A stretch of DNA of 42,582 nucleotides from Actinomycetota bacterium (GTDB lineage Bacteria; Actinomycetota; UBA4738; CALAEC01). Shown in pieces: positions 8,361 to 17,757 of this stretch (within the stretch, counting starts at the first letter, position 1; each line of letters opens with the position of its first letter). Location of the stretch: positions 1 to 42,582 of the forward strand of contig JBQGDK010000174.1 in NCBI GenBank assembly GCA_052039025.1. Direction: 5' to 3'. A program made the position numbers and the translations under genes. Below the pieces are notes generated by a model. It saw only the letters and a list, made by a program, of their open reading frames with translations. It did no database searches and was not told the origin of the DNA.

Positions 8361-9554
8361 CCGCCCGGCCTCCCCCCGCCGGGCCCGGCGGGCGCCGCGC
8401 GCGACCGAGACGAGGATGCCGACGGCCGCCATCGAGACGACCAACGAGGAGCCGCCGAACGAGACGAACGGGAGCGGCACCCCGGTGATCGGCAGCAATC
8501 CGGTGACCGCGCCCAGGTTCACCAGAGCCTGGACCCCGAACCAGCCGGTGATGCCCACCGCCAGGAACCGCCCGAACGCGTCGGGGGCGCGAAGGGCGAT
8601 CCGGATCCCCGCGAACAGCAGCGCGGCGAACAAGGCCAGCACGGCGAGGCTCCCCACGAGGCCGAGCTCCTCGCCGATGATCGAGAAGATGAAGTCGGTG
8701 TGGGCGTTCGGCACGTAGGACCACTTCTGTCGGCTGGCCCCGAGGCCGACGCCGAGCGGGCCCCCCGAGGCCAGCGCGATCATCGACTGGATCGACTGGT
8801 ATCCGCTCCCCTGCGGGTCGCTCCACGGGTTGACGAACGACACGACCCGGGCCCACCGGTAGCCCTCCACGTACATGAGCCCCAGGCCGAGGGTCGCCAG
8901 CCCGGCCCCGCCCACCAGGAGGTGCTTGGCCCGAGCGCCGGCCGAGAACAGCAGGATGAACACCGTGGCCGCCACGATCACCGCGGTGCCCATGTCGGGC
9001 TGGAGCAGGATCAGCCCGACGATGGTCCCCACGACGGGCACGAGCGGGACCACCAGCTCACGGAGATCGCCGATCCGACGCCACCGGGCGGCCAGGAGCG
9101 CGGCGGCGAACGCGATCACAGCGATCTTGGCCGGCTCCGACGGCTGGATCGTCATCGGCCCGAGCTGGATCCACCGCGCCGAGCCGCCGGCGACCGTGCC
9201 GACCCCCGGGATCAGCACGAGGATCAGGAGCGTCGCGCTGATGAGGAGCAGCGGACCGCAGAGCCGCCGCCACGCCGTGTACCGCATCCTCGCCGTGAGG
9301 AGGAACGCCGCGGTCCCCACCGCCGCGTAGGCGAGCTGGCGCCCGAAGAACAGGAAGCTCGAGCCGTAGTCCTCGTACGCCCGGACGGACGACGCCGACA
9401 GGACCATGACGAGGCCCAGGACGATCAGCGACAGGGTGGCCAGCAGGAGCGTCGCCACCGTGCGGTCGGTCCGAGCCACCCTCCCGGACGTCGGGACGAG
9501 CCGCAGGTGGGAGGGCCGGTGGCCGGCGGGCCGGGCGCGGGTCGCGCTAGGCAC
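7254..9554 (-). CDS. Single 766-codon ORF: SEDS-family FtsW fused in frame to MurG
   Basis: Residues 1 to about 398 are FtsW-like polytopic membrane sequence (PSEPAKIAVI, LLQPDMGTA, HTDFIFSIIGEELG, LPITGVPLPFVSFGGSS). From residue 399, VGIGTGGTAGHVFPAVA...LHEQNAVPGLANR...ATGRHQEANA is MurG. No stop codon lies between them. Confidence 0.8.
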   Translation of the reverse strand: MPSATRARPAGHRPSHLRLVPTSGRVARTDRTVATLLLATLSLIVLGLVMVLSASSVRAYEDYGSSFLFFGRQLAYAAVGTAAFLLTARMRYTAWRRLCGPLLLISATLLILVLIPGVGTVAGGSARWIQLGPMTIQPSEPAKIAVIAFAAALLAARWRRIGDLRELVVPLVPVVGTIVGLILLQPDMGTAVIVAATVFILLFSAGARAKHLLVGGAGLATLGLGLMYVEGYRWARVVSFVNPWSDPQGSGYQSIQSMIALASGGPLGVGLGASRQKWSYVPNAHTDFIFSIIGEELGLVGSLAVLALFAALLFAGIRIALRAPDAFGRFLAVGITGWFGVQALVNLGAVTGLLPITGVPLPFVSFGGSSLVVSMAAVGILVSVARGARRARRGEAGRVGIGTGGTAGHVFPAVATAARLRGRLGADVVFLGRAEGQEAELVPAAGFPLRTVAALPFRRTFSTATLRAPVAALRAAAECRPLVRDADVILGMGGYVSVPVALAARRERVPLVLHEQNAVPGLANRLAARWARIVALSFLEAGRRLPRRARTALTGNPVREAVRRVREDRAALAEEARGALGLESGRRTLVVLGGSQGALRLDHAAVELCRILSGRSDLQVLVITGPRHLDVVRQHLPATRGLLVRTAPFVERVELVYAAADLALARAGAGTIAELTVAGVPAVLVPYPYATGRHQEANARAVERAGGAAVLLDDAASGAGVAERIAPLLEDRALLESMARASLRFGRPDAADALADLAVAEARRRS
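8361..9554 (-). other. ftsW: FtsW (SEDS peptidoglycan glycosyltransferase) portion of the fused ORF
   Basis: About 398 codons with roughly ten hydrophobic segments and SEDS motifs. It ends in a basic linker, ARGARRARRGEAGR. Confidence 0.8.
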
Positions 9555-10899
9555 GGCGGGCCCCCGCGCGCCCGGCCAGGGCCCGGGCCGCCGCCGCGAA
9601 CCGCTCGCCGCGATCCCGGTAGTCGCGGAACATGTCCCAGCTGGCGCAGGCGGGGGCCAGCACCACCGACCCCCCCGGCCGGGCCATCGCGGCGGCCTCT
9701 GCCACGGCCTCCTCCATCGAGCCGGCGGTGCGGACCGGCACGCGCCCCTCGAACACCGCCACCAGCTCCGAGGCCGCCTCGCCGATCGCCACCACCCCGG
9801 CCAACGAGGGGATCGCCGCCGCCAGCGGGCTCAGGTCCACGCCCTTGCTCCGCCCGCCGGCCACGAGGACGGCGCCTCGGAGCCCCTCGATGGCGGCCAG
9901 GGCCGCATGCGGGTTGCTGGCCTTCGAGTCATCGACGAACCGCACCTCGTCGATCTCCGCCACGAGCGAGCCGCGGTGCGGGAGCGGTCCGAACGACGTC
10001 ACGGCCTCGCCGACCGCCTCCGGGTCGAGGCCGAACGAGATCGCCGCCGCCGCCGCGGCGGCGGCGTCGGCCCGCAGCGAGGCCGGCCCGGGGGCCGATC
10101 CGAGCTCCCGGCGTCCGGCGAGCCGGGCCACGAGCACGGCACCCTCGTACCCGACCTGCCCCCGGTCCGGCGGGCCCAGTCGGAACCAGGCCTTCGGGCA
10201 CGGCGCGTCGCGCGACACCTCGGCCGCGTGGGGGTCGTCGAGGTTGCCGACGTGCGTGTCGTCCGCGCCCTGGAGCGCGTAGATCCGTCGCTTCGCCTCC
10301 CGGTACGCCTCCATCGAACGGTGCCAGTCGAGGTGGTCCGGCGCCAGGTTCAGGAGGACCGACACCCGCGGATGGAACGAGCGGTGGAACCGGAGCTGGA
10401 ACGAGGAGGACTCGACCGCCAGGGCGTCGTGCCCCGCCGTGGCCGCCAGGGAGAAGGGGTGCCCGATGTTGCCGCAGGCCACCGCGTCGAGGCCGGCCCG
10501 GCGCATGGCCTCGGCGACCATCTCGGTGGTCGTGGTCTTCCCGTTCGTGCCGGTGATGGCGACGTACGGGGCCGTGGCCAGCCGGGCGCCCAGCTCCAGC
10601 TCGCTCCACACCGGGATGCCCCGGCGGAGCGCGTCGCGGATCGGCGCGGCGTGCTCGGGCACCCCCGGGCTGGCCACGACGAGCGTGGCCCCCTCGAGGT
10701 GGCCGGCCTCATGGCCGCCGGTCAGGACCTCCGCGCCCTCCGCCTCGAGCCCGGCCGCCGAGGCCTCGATCTCGGCCCTGGGCCGGGCCTCGGTGACCCG
10801 GACCGTGGCCCCCCGATCGAGGAGGATCCGGGCGGCTGACGCCCCGCTGGCCCCGAGGCCGATCACCACGGCCCGCTCGCCGCGCACCTCGAGGCTCAC
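9547..10899 (-). CDS. murD: UDP-N-acetylmuramoylalanine--D-glutamate ligase MurD
   Basis: Contains VVIGLGASGASAARIL, ITGTNGKTTTTEM and SSFQL. Start GTG 10899 forms a GTGA overlap with the mraY stop. Confidence 0.9.
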   Translation of the reverse strand: MSLEVRGERAVVIGLGASGASAARILLDRGATVRVTEARPRAEIEASAAGLEAEGAEVLTGGHEAGHLEGATLVVASPGVPEHAAPIRDALRRGIPVWSELELGARLATAPYVAITGTNGKTTTTEMVAEAMRRAGLDAVACGNIGHPFSLAATAGHDALAVESSSFQLRFHRSFHPRVSVLLNLAPDHLDWHRSMEAYREAKRRIYALQGADDTHVGNLDDPHAAEVSRDAPCPKAWFRLGPPDRGQVGYEGAVLVARLAGRRELGSAPGPASLRADAAAAAAAAISFGLDPEAVGEAVTSFGPLPHRGSLVAEIDEVRFVDDSKASNPHAALAAIEGLRGAVLVAGGRSKGVDLSPLAAAIPSLAGVVAIGEAASELVAVFEGRVPVRTAGSMEEAVAEAAAMARPGGSVVLAPACASWDMFRDYRDRGERFAAAARALAGRAGARRA

Positions 10900-11951
10900 G
10901 CGACCCCGCCCCTGGTCAGGAAGTCGGCGTAGAACAGCCCCAGGCCGAAGATCACCGCGAGCCCGGCGACGATCCAGAACCGCACGATCACCGTGAACTC
11001 CGGCCAGCCGAGGACCTCGAAGTGGTGGTGGATCGGCGCCATCCGGAACAATCGCCGCCCGAACACCCGGAACGAGACCACCTGGAGGATCACCGAGGCG
11101 GTCTCGAGCACGAAGATCCCGCCGAAGATCACCAGGAGCAGCTGGGTCTGCGTGGCGATCGCCAGCGCCGCCATGAGCCCGCCGAGCGCCAGCGAGCCCG
11201 TGTCGCCCATGAAGATCTTCGCCGGCGCCGCGTTCCACCACAGGAAGCCGGCGATCGACCCGAGCGCGGCCGCGGCCAGGATCGCCAGGTCGACCGAGGT
11301 CTGGAGGTCGACCGCGTAACAGCTCTCCACGGGGAGGGCCGAGCACGTGTGCCGGAACTGCCAGAAGGCCACGAGCACGTAGGCCGCGAAGACCATGGTC
11401 GACGATCCCGACGCGAGCCCGTCGAGGCCGTCGGTGAGGTTCACGGCGTTCGACGACGCCGCCAGCATCACGAACACCCAGAGGAAGAACACCGCGCCGA
11501 GGTCGAGGCCGGTCTCCCGGATGAAAGAGAGCTCGGTCGACGCCCCCGTGAGCCGGACCAGCGCCAGGCCGAACAGCACCGCCACCACGGCCTGGGCGGC
11601 GAGCTTGGCGGCCTTCCCGAGGCCGAGCGAGCGGCGCCGCCGCACCTTCACCAGGTCGTCCACGAACCCGATCGCGGCCAGCGCCACCCCCGCGCCGAGC
11701 ACGAGCAGCCCGGTCATCGTGATCTGGCCGCGGATCAGCGCCGTGAGGAGGTACGCGAAGCCGAGGGCGCCCATGATGACCAGGCCGCCCATCGTGGGCG
11801 TGCCCATCTTCTCCTGATGCTGGGGGTAGTGCGGCCCCGCCTCCCGCACCCGCTCCCCCCACCCGAGCACCCGGAACAGGCGGATCGCCACCGGCGTGAA
11901 TAGCAGCGTCCCGAAGAGCCCCACGGTCGCGGCTATGAGGACGCTGGTCAC
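10896..11951 (-). CDS. mraY: Phospho-N-acetylmuramoyl-pentapeptide transferase MraY
   Basis: Contains HQEKMGTPTMGG, NAVNLTDGLDGLA, FMGDTGSLALGG and APIHHHFE. Start GTG 11951 forms a GTGA overlap with the murF stop. Confidence 0.93.
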   Translation of the reverse strand: MTSVLIAATVGLFGTLLFTPVAIRLFRVLGWGERVREAGPHYPQHQEKMGTPTMGGLVIMGALGFAYLLTALIRGQITMTGLLVLGAGVALAAIGFVDDLVKVRRRRSLGLGKAAKLAAQAVVAVLFGLALVRLTGASTELSFIRETGLDLGAVFFLWVFVMLAASSNAVNLTDGLDGLASGSSTMVFAAYVLVAFWQFRHTCSALPVESCYAVDLQTSVDLAILAAAALGSIAGFLWWNAAPAKIFMGDTGSLALGGLMAALAIATQTQLLLVIFGGIFVLETASVILQVVSFRVFGRRLFRMAPIHHHFEVLGWPEFTVIVRFWIVAGLAVIFGLGLFYADFLTRGGVA

Positions 11952-13306
11952 CCGAGCTCCTCGACCACGCGCTCGAGCCCGGCCGCCCGCGACCCCTTGA
12001 TCAGCACGACGTCGCCCGACCGCGCCGCCAACCTGGCCGCCGCCGCCGCCTCCTCGGGCGTGTCGCAGGTGACCACCCGGTCGGGCTCCACGCCCTCGCG
12101 GATGGCCCCGACACCGATCAGCCGGGCTCCCGGTCCCACCACCACGAGCCGATCGATCCCGAGGCGGGCGGCCAGCTCCCCGATCCGCTCGTGCTCGGCG
12201 TCGGCGACGGGGCCCAGCTCCGCCATCTCCCCGAGGACCGCGACGCACGAGTTCCGGCCGGCCATCCACCGGGCCGCCTTCAGGGCCGCCGCCATCGAGG
12301 ACGGGTTCGCGTTGTAGGCGTCGTTCAGGACCCGGATCCCGTCCGGGCCCTCGGTCACCTCCATCCGCCAGGGGGAGATCCGAGCCTCCTTGAGCCCGGC
12401 GGCGCACTCGCCGGGGGTGAGGCCCAGCGCCACGCCGGCGGCCGCGGCGGCCAGCGCGTTCCACGCCATGTGCTCCCCGGGGACCTTCAGCTCGACCCGC
12501 TCGGCGCCGCCCGGAACGCGGAGCGTGAACGACGGGAGCCCCGAGGCGTCCAGCGCCAGCTCTTCCCCCCGGACGTCCGCGCCCGGCCCGGTGCCGAACC
12601 GGAGGACCCGGGCCTGCGTGCGGACGTCGAATCCTCGGACCCGAGGATCATCGGCGTTCAGGACCGCGGTGCCGTCGCTCGGGAGCCCCTCGACGAGCTC
12701 CGCCTTCGCCTCCGCCACCGCTCCGATCGAGCCGAACATCTCCAGGTGGGCCGGGCCGACGTTCGTGATCACGCCGACCGAGGGCCGGGCGATCTCGCAC
12801 AGCCTGGCGATGTGGCCGGGCCCGCGGCTGCCCATCTCGGTCACGACGACCTCGGCGTCGTGCGGCGCGTTCAGCAGGGTGAGCGGCACGCCGACCTCGT
12901 TGTTGAACGAGGCGGGGCTGGCGTGGACCCGGAAGCGGGTCCCCAGCACCGCGGCTGCGAGGTCCTTCACCGAGGTCTTCCCGGAGGAGCCGGTGATCCC
13001 GACGACGTCGGCCGGGATCGACGCTCGCTCGTGGCCCGCCAGGCGGAGCAGGGCGTCGCGGGTGTTGGCCACGCGGATCACCGGCCCGTCGAACGACGCG
13101 CCCACGGACACCATCGCCCCGCCGGCCCCCGCGGCCAGCGCCGCGTCGACGTGGTCGTGGCCGTCGACCCGCTCGCCGGGGATCGCCACGAACAGGTCGC
13201 CGGGCCGGACCGCCCGACTGTCCAAGACCGCGCCGGTCACCTCGGCGTCCCGGCCGTCGAGGCGCCCCCCCACGGCCTCGGCCACGGCGGACATCCGGCG
13301 CCTCAC
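11948..13306 (-). CDS. murF: UDP-N-acetylmuramoyl-tripeptide--D-alanyl-D-alanine ligase MurF
   Basis: 452 aa with GITGSSGKTSVKDL, VTEMGSRGPGHI and NDAYNANPSSM. GTGA overlap with the murE stop (alternative ATG at 13294). Confidence 0.9.
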   Translation of the reverse strand: MRRRMSAVAEAVGGRLDGRDAEVTGAVLDSRAVRPGDLFVAIPGERVDGHDHVDAALAAGAGGAMVSVGASFDGPVIRVANTRDALLRLAGHERASIPADVVGITGSSGKTSVKDLAAAVLGTRFRVHASPASFNNEVGVPLTLLNAPHDAEVVVTEMGSRGPGHIARLCEIARPSVGVITNVGPAHLEMFGSIGAVAEAKAELVEGLPSDGTAVLNADDPRVRGFDVRTQARVLRFGTGPGADVRGEELALDASGLPSFTLRVPGGAERVELKVPGEHMAWNALAAAAAGVALGLTPGECAAGLKEARISPWRMEVTEGPDGIRVLNDAYNANPSSMAAALKAARWMAGRNSCVAVLGEMAELGPVADAEHERIGELAARLGIDRLVVVGPGARLIGVGAIREGVEPDRVVTCDTPEEAAAAARLAARSGDVVLIKGSRAAGLERVVEELG

Positions 13307-14838
13307 CGGGCTTCCTCCCGGAGGGAGTCCAGCTCCTCGCGGGCCACCACGCGGTCATCGAACGGGATCGTCCGGCCGGCGAACTCCTGTCCGGTCTCAT
13401 GGCCCTTGCCGGCGATCACCACGACGTCGCCCGCGGCGGCGGCTCCGATCGCCCGGCGGATCGCCACGCGGCGGTCCGGCTCGACCTCGAACGGCCCGCC
13501 CCCCCGCTCGGCCCCGGGAGCGATCTCGGCGATGATCGCCTCGGGGTCCTCGGACCGAGGGTTGTCGCTGGTGACCACGGTGAGGTCGGCGAGCCGAGTG
13601 GCCGCCTCGCCCATGAGCGGTCGCTTCCCGCGATCCCGGTCGCCACCACACCCGAACACCGCGATCACCCGGTGACGGCCGGCGAGAGGGCGGACGGCTC
13701 GGAGGACGTTCTCGAGCGAGTCGGGGGTATGCGCGTAGTCCACGACCACCTGGAACGGCTGGCCGGCCTCCACCGGCTCCATCCGCCCCGGAACGCCGGA
13801 CACCGCCGCGATGCCGCGGATCGACGCCTCATCGTCGATCCCCACCTGCCGTGCCGCGGCCAGCGCGGCCAGGCAGTTGTGGACGTTGAACGCTCCCCGG
13901 AGCGGCGATCGAACCTCGCGGCCGTCCACCCGGAACCAGAGCCCCTCCGCGGTCACCGCCACCTCGCTCGCCCGCACGTCGGCCTGGGGGGCCAGGCCGT
14001 ACGTCAGCGCGGGGAGGTCGTCGCGGAGCAGCGACCGGCCCTCCGGCGAGTCGGCGTTGATCGCGGCCCGGGCCGTCATCGCCGGGGTGAACAGCGTCGC
14101 CTTGGCCTCGAAGTAGGCCTCGATGGTCCCGTGATAGTCGAGGTGGTCCTGGGAGAGGTTCGTGAACACCGCGCAATCGAACCGGATCCCACCGACGCGC
14201 CGCTGGTGGAGCCCGTGCGACGAGACCTCCATCGCCACGGCCGCAACGCCCCGGTCGCGCATGCCAGCCAACAGCCGGTGGAGGTCGGGCGCCTCGGGGG
14301 TGGTGCGGTCGAACGGTTCGGGCCGGCCGTCGACCCGCACGCCGGTCGTGCCGATCACACCGGGGACCCTCGCGGCCTCCCGGAAGATGGCCTCGAGGAG
14401 GTACGTCGTGGTCGTCTTGCCGTTCGTCCCGGTGACGCCGACGACCGTCATGGCCTCGGCCGGACGCCCGAAGAACGCCGCTGCGATCGGCCCCATCGCA
14501 TCGCGCACCGAGGGCACCAGGACCTGGGGCACCGGCACCTGGAGCCGTCGCTCGGCGACCACGGCCGCGGCGCCCGCTCGGACGGCCTCGCCCGCGAACG
14601 CGTGCCCGTCGACCGTTCCGCCCGGGACGCAGAAGAACAGCCACCCCGGCCGGACCTGGCCGGATCGGTACGTCAGGCCGGCGATGGGGACGCGAGGGTC
14701 CCCCACGACCTCGGCGCGTGGGGCCCGTTCGAGCAGTTGCTGGAGCGGGGGGAGCTCCACCGGCATCTCGGAGGTGCCCGTGACCCGTCCGTCGGGCCCG
14801 AGCGCCACGGATTCTAGCGCCCCGGCGCCGGGTCTCAT
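13303..14838 (-). CDS. murE: UDP-N-acetylmuramoyl-L-alanyl-D-glutamate--2,6-diaminopimelate ligase MurE
   Basis: Contains GVTGTNGKTTTTYLL, MEVSSHGL, VVVDYAHTPDSL and DNPRSEDP (a DAP-type motif). ATG 14838 forms an ATGA overlap with the ftsI stop (alternative ATG at 14766). Confidence 0.9.
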   Translation of the reverse strand: MRPGAGALESVALGPDGRVTGTSEMPVELPPLQQLLERAPRAEVVGDPRVPIAGLTYRSGQVRPGWLFFCVPGGTVDGHAFAGEAVRAGAAAVVAERRLQVPVPQVLVPSVRDAMGPIAAAFFGRPAEAMTVVGVTGTNGKTTTTYLLEAIFREAARVPGVIGTTGVRVDGRPEPFDRTTPEAPDLHRLLAGMRDRGVAAVAMEVSSHGLHQRRVGGIRFDCAVFTNLSQDHLDYHGTIEAYFEAKATLFTPAMTARAAINADSPEGRSLLRDDLPALTYGLAPQADVRASEVAVTAEGLWFRVDGREVRSPLRGAFNVHNCLAALAAARQVGIDDEASIRGIAAVSGVPGRMEPVEAGQPFQVVVDYAHTPDSLENVLRAVRPLAGRHRVIAVFGCGGDRDRGKRPLMGEAATRLADLTVVTSDNPRSEDPEAIIAEIAPGAERGGGPFEVEPDRRVAIRRAIGAAAAGDVVVIAGKGHETGQEFAGRTIPFDDRVVAREELDSLREEAR

Positions 14839-16541
14839 CCCCGCACCACGGACGGGAGCGGAGCCGGCGGCTCGGCCGTCGGCACCCGCAGGTGGGCCAG
14901 GGCGAACGCCATCACCTTCCGGAACAGCGGAGCGGCGGCCACCGCCCCGTACACCGTGTCGGGCTCGTCGATCATCGCGGCCACCACCACCGCCGGATCG
15001 CGGGCGGGGGCGAACCCGATGAACGAGGCCACGTACTCGTCGCTGTAGCCGAGCGCTCCCTTGAGCGGCTTGCGGGCGGTGCCGGTCTTCCCGGCCACCC
15101 AGTAGCCGGGCAGTTGCGCCTCGGTCCCCGTCCCCGATGCCACGGCCTCGGCCAGCATCCGCGTCACGATGTCGGCCGTCCTCGTCGAGACAACCCGCTC
15201 GAGCACCTCGGGGGCCCGCCTCCGCATCTCGCCGCCCTCGACGACGCCGCGGACGAGCCGGGGTGCCACCCGCACCCCGTCGTTCGCCACGGTGGCATAC
15301 ACCGATGCCATCTGGAGCGGCGTGACAGCGATCCCCTGGCCGATCGGGATCGTCGCCATGGAGGTCGTCCACCACTCGTCCTCCGGCATCAGGATGCCGT
15401 CGGACTCGCCGGGGAAGCGGATCCCGGTCTCGACCCCGAAGCCGAAGGCCCGGAGGTAGACGTCGAGCTTCTCGCTGCCGAGCCGCTGGGCCGCCATGAT
15501 CGTCCCCACGTTGCTCGACTCCGCGATGACATCGGTCAGCGTCATCGACATCGCAGGACGGCGGTGAGCCTCGGCGAAGACCTTGTCCCCCACCCTGTAG
15601 CGGGGCGGCACCCACAGCCGCTCCCGGAGACCGACCACGCCCTCCTCCAGGGCGGCCGAGGCCGTGATCACCTTGTTCACCGATCCAGGCTCGTACACGT
15701 CGGTCACGCCGCGGTTCCTGGTGACGAACGCTGGCGCCTCCGCGAACTCGTTGGCGTCGAACCCGGGGTTCGTGGCCATGGCGAGCACATCCCCGGTGGC
15801 CGGCTCCATCACGATGACGGTCCCCCCCAGCGCCCCGTTCCGCTCGACCGTCCTGGCCAGGGCCCGCTCGGTGAAGTACTGGAGGTCCTTGTCGATCGTG
15901 AGCACGAGGTCGCGGCCCCGCCGGGGTTCCTCGAGCTCGAGCAGACCTTGAGGGATGGAGAGGCCGTCGGGGTCCTGCTCGACGAGCATCCCACCGGGTC
16001 GTCCGGCCAGCACTTCTTGCCACTGGAGCTCCAGGCCGGCCAGTCCGGCCCCGTCGACGCCGACGAAGCCGAGCACCTGCGCAGCCAGGGGGCCGCCCGG
16101 GTACGTGCGCTTCGGCTCGTCGATGAACCCGATCCCCGGGAGGTCGAGGCCGGCCACGCGATTCGCCACGCTCAGGTCCACCCCGCGGGCCAGGTACTCG
16201 AACCGGGACGGCGCGCCCAGCGCCCTGCGGAGGTGAGCCGCGCGGACATCCAAGATCGCCCCGAGCCGCTCGGCCGTGTCCGCCGGGTCGGCGACCAGCG
16301 CGGGATCGGCGTAGATCGCCTTGGCCGGCAACGACAGCGCCAGCTCGTGCATCGAGCGGTCGTAGATCGTCCCCCGCTCGGCGGGGAGCGAGATGTGCCG
16401 GACCCGCTGCTCGATGGCCATGGCCTCGTAGGCGGCGGCGTCGCGCACCTGGAGGAGCACCAGGCGGACCCCCACGACGCCGAGGGCCACGGCCATCAGG
16501 GCGAAGAGCCCGACCACCCGGGTGCCGGGCGGCCGTCTCAC
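14835..16541 (-). CDS. ftsI: Class B penicillin-binding protein / FtsI transpeptidase
   Basis: 568 aa with an N-terminal TM, then SxxK (GSVNKV), SxN (SSNVG) and KTG (GKTGTA) motifs. GTGA overlap with the ftsL-like stop. Confidence 0.9.
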   Translation of the reverse strand: MRRPPGTRVVGLFALMAVALGVVGVRLVLLQVRDAAAYEAMAIEQRVRHISLPAERGTIYDRSMHELALSLPAKAIYADPALVADPADTAERLGAILDVRAAHLRRALGAPSRFEYLARGVDLSVANRVAGLDLPGIGFIDEPKRTYPGGPLAAQVLGFVGVDGAGLAGLELQWQEVLAGRPGGMLVEQDPDGLSIPQGLLELEEPRRGRDLVLTIDKDLQYFTERALARTVERNGALGGTVIVMEPATGDVLAMATNPGFDANEFAEAPAFVTRNRGVTDVYEPGSVNKVITASAALEEGVVGLRERLWVPPRYRVGDKVFAEAHRRPAMSMTLTDVIAESSNVGTIMAAQRLGSEKLDVYLRAFGFGVETGIRFPGESDGILMPEDEWWTTSMATIPIGQGIAVTPLQMASVYATVANDGVRVAPRLVRGVVEGGEMRRRAPEVLERVVSTRTADIVTRMLAEAVASGTGTEAQLPGYWVAGKTGTARKPLKGALGYSDEYVASFIGFAPARDPAVVVAAMIDEPDTVYGAVAAAPLFRKVMAFALAHLRVPTAEPPAPLPSVVRG

Positions 16542-16888
16542 GGCCCCTCCTCTCCCAGGATCTCCACGCGGGTCGGGGCCGCCAGGCCGGCCCGGCGTCC
16601 CGCTGCGGCGATCCGGTCCGGGGTCGACAGCCGGGCCACCCGCAGCCGAAGCCGGTCGGCCTCGGCCTCGAGCCGCTGGGCCCGCTCGGTCAGGTCGGAT
16701 AGCCGGAAGGCCCCCTGGGCCACGATCGCCTGCGCGCTGGCCAGCACGATGAGGAGGGCCGCCAGGACGGCCCCGGCGACCAGGGGAAACGGGATCCGCA
16801 GGCCCCGCCGCCGGGGCAACCGCCGGACCGTGGCCCGGCCGCGGCTCGGTCGAGGGAGGATCTCCGGGCGGCGGACGGCCACGGCCAC
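16538..16888 (-). CDS. ftsL: FtsL-like bitopic septation protein
   Basis: 116 aa: a basic N-terminus, one TM (FPLVAGAVLAALLIVLASAQAIV), then a coiled-coil-like segment LSDLTERAQRLEAEADRLRLRVARL. Sits in the conserved slot between rsmH and ftsI. The call rests on position and architecture only. Confidence 0.6.
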   Translation of the reverse strand: MAVAVRRPEILPRPSRGRATVRRLPRRRGLRIPFPLVAGAVLAALLIVLASAQAIVAQGAFRLSDLTERAQRLEAEADRLRLRVARLSTPDRIAAAGRRAGLAAPTRVEILGEEGP

Positions 16889-17757
16889 TACGCCGCCCTC
16901 CGCTCAGCGGCCCGCAGCTTCGCGCTGCGGGCCCGAGGGTTCCGGGCGGCCTCGGCGGGGGACGGCCGGACCGGCTTCTTCGTCAGGACCTCGAGGCGCT
17001 CGTCGTCCCGGAGGAACGCCTTCACCAGGCGGTCCTCCAGGGAGTGGTACGAGATCGCCACCAGGCGCCCACGGGGGGCGAGGAGCTGGACCGCCCGGGG
17101 AAGGGAGGCGGCCAGCTCCTCGAGCTCCCCGTTGACCTCGATCCGGATCGCCTGGAACGTCCGTCGGGCCGGATGAGGTCCCCCGCGACGGCTGGGGACG
17201 GCGGCCGCCACCACCGCGGCCAGCTCGCGGGTCGTGCGGAGCGGCGCGCGCTGCCGGGCCCGGACGATCGCCCGGGCGATCCGGCCGGCGAACCGCTCCT
17301 CGCCGTAGTCGCGGATCACGCGCGCCAGCCGCTCCTCGGCGTAGGCGTTCACGACGTCGGCGGCCGTGCGGGTGCCCTCGCCCATCCGCATGTCCAGCGG
17401 CCCCTCGGCCCGGTACGAGAACCCTCGCTCCGGCCGATCGAGCTGAAGGGAGGACACCCCGAGGTCGTACAGGACGCCGTTGGCCTCGCGCACGCCGGCC
17501 TCCTCGGCCACCTCGAGCACGTCGGAGAAGGGGGCCCGGAACGCCCGGAACCGCGCCCCGGCCCCGGCCAGCCGGACCCTGGCCTCCCGAAGGGCCCGCT
17601 CGTCCCGGTCGACGCCGACCACCCGGCCGATCCCGGCGTCGAGGAGGGCACGGGCATGACCTCCCGCCCCGACGGTCAGGTCGACCACGGTCTCCGCGCC
17701 GGACAACAGTCCCACCACCTCAGCCACCAGGACCGGCTCGTGCGGCGCCTCAGCCAA
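16888..17757 (-). CDS. rsmH: 16S rRNA (cytosine1402-N4)-methyltransferase RsmH
   Basis: 289 aa with HEPVLVAEV, DLTVGAGGHA, DLGVSSLQLD and ISYHSLEDRLVK. TTG start at 17757. Confidence 0.93.
   Translation of the reverse strand: MAEAPHEPVLVAEVVGLLSGAETVVDLTVGAGGHARALLDAGIGRVVGVDRDERALREARVRLAGAGARFRAFRAPFSDVLEVAEEAGVREANGVLYDLGVSSLQLDRPERGFSYRAEGPLDMRMGEGTRTAADVVNAYAEERLARVIRDYGEERFAGRIARAIVRARQRAPLRTTRELAAVVAAAVPSRRGGPHPARRTFQAIRIEVNGELEELAASLPRAVQLLAPRGRLVAISYHSLEDRLVKAFLRDDERLEVLTKKPVRPSPAEAARNPRARSAKLRAAERRAA

Noticed and set aside
5815-8856. Long N-terminal extensions of track ORFs: murC to 8856, murD to 11862, mraY to 12464, murE to 16023, dinB to 27977, murB to 5996, crotonase to 20418, moxR from 19607, transglutaminase from 21024, GT2 from 35864, GT4 to 36481.
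   Set aside because: The extensions run through the upstream gene in another frame and translate to Arg/Pro-rich junk. The recognisable domains begin right at GTGA/ATGA overlaps or SD-supported starts.
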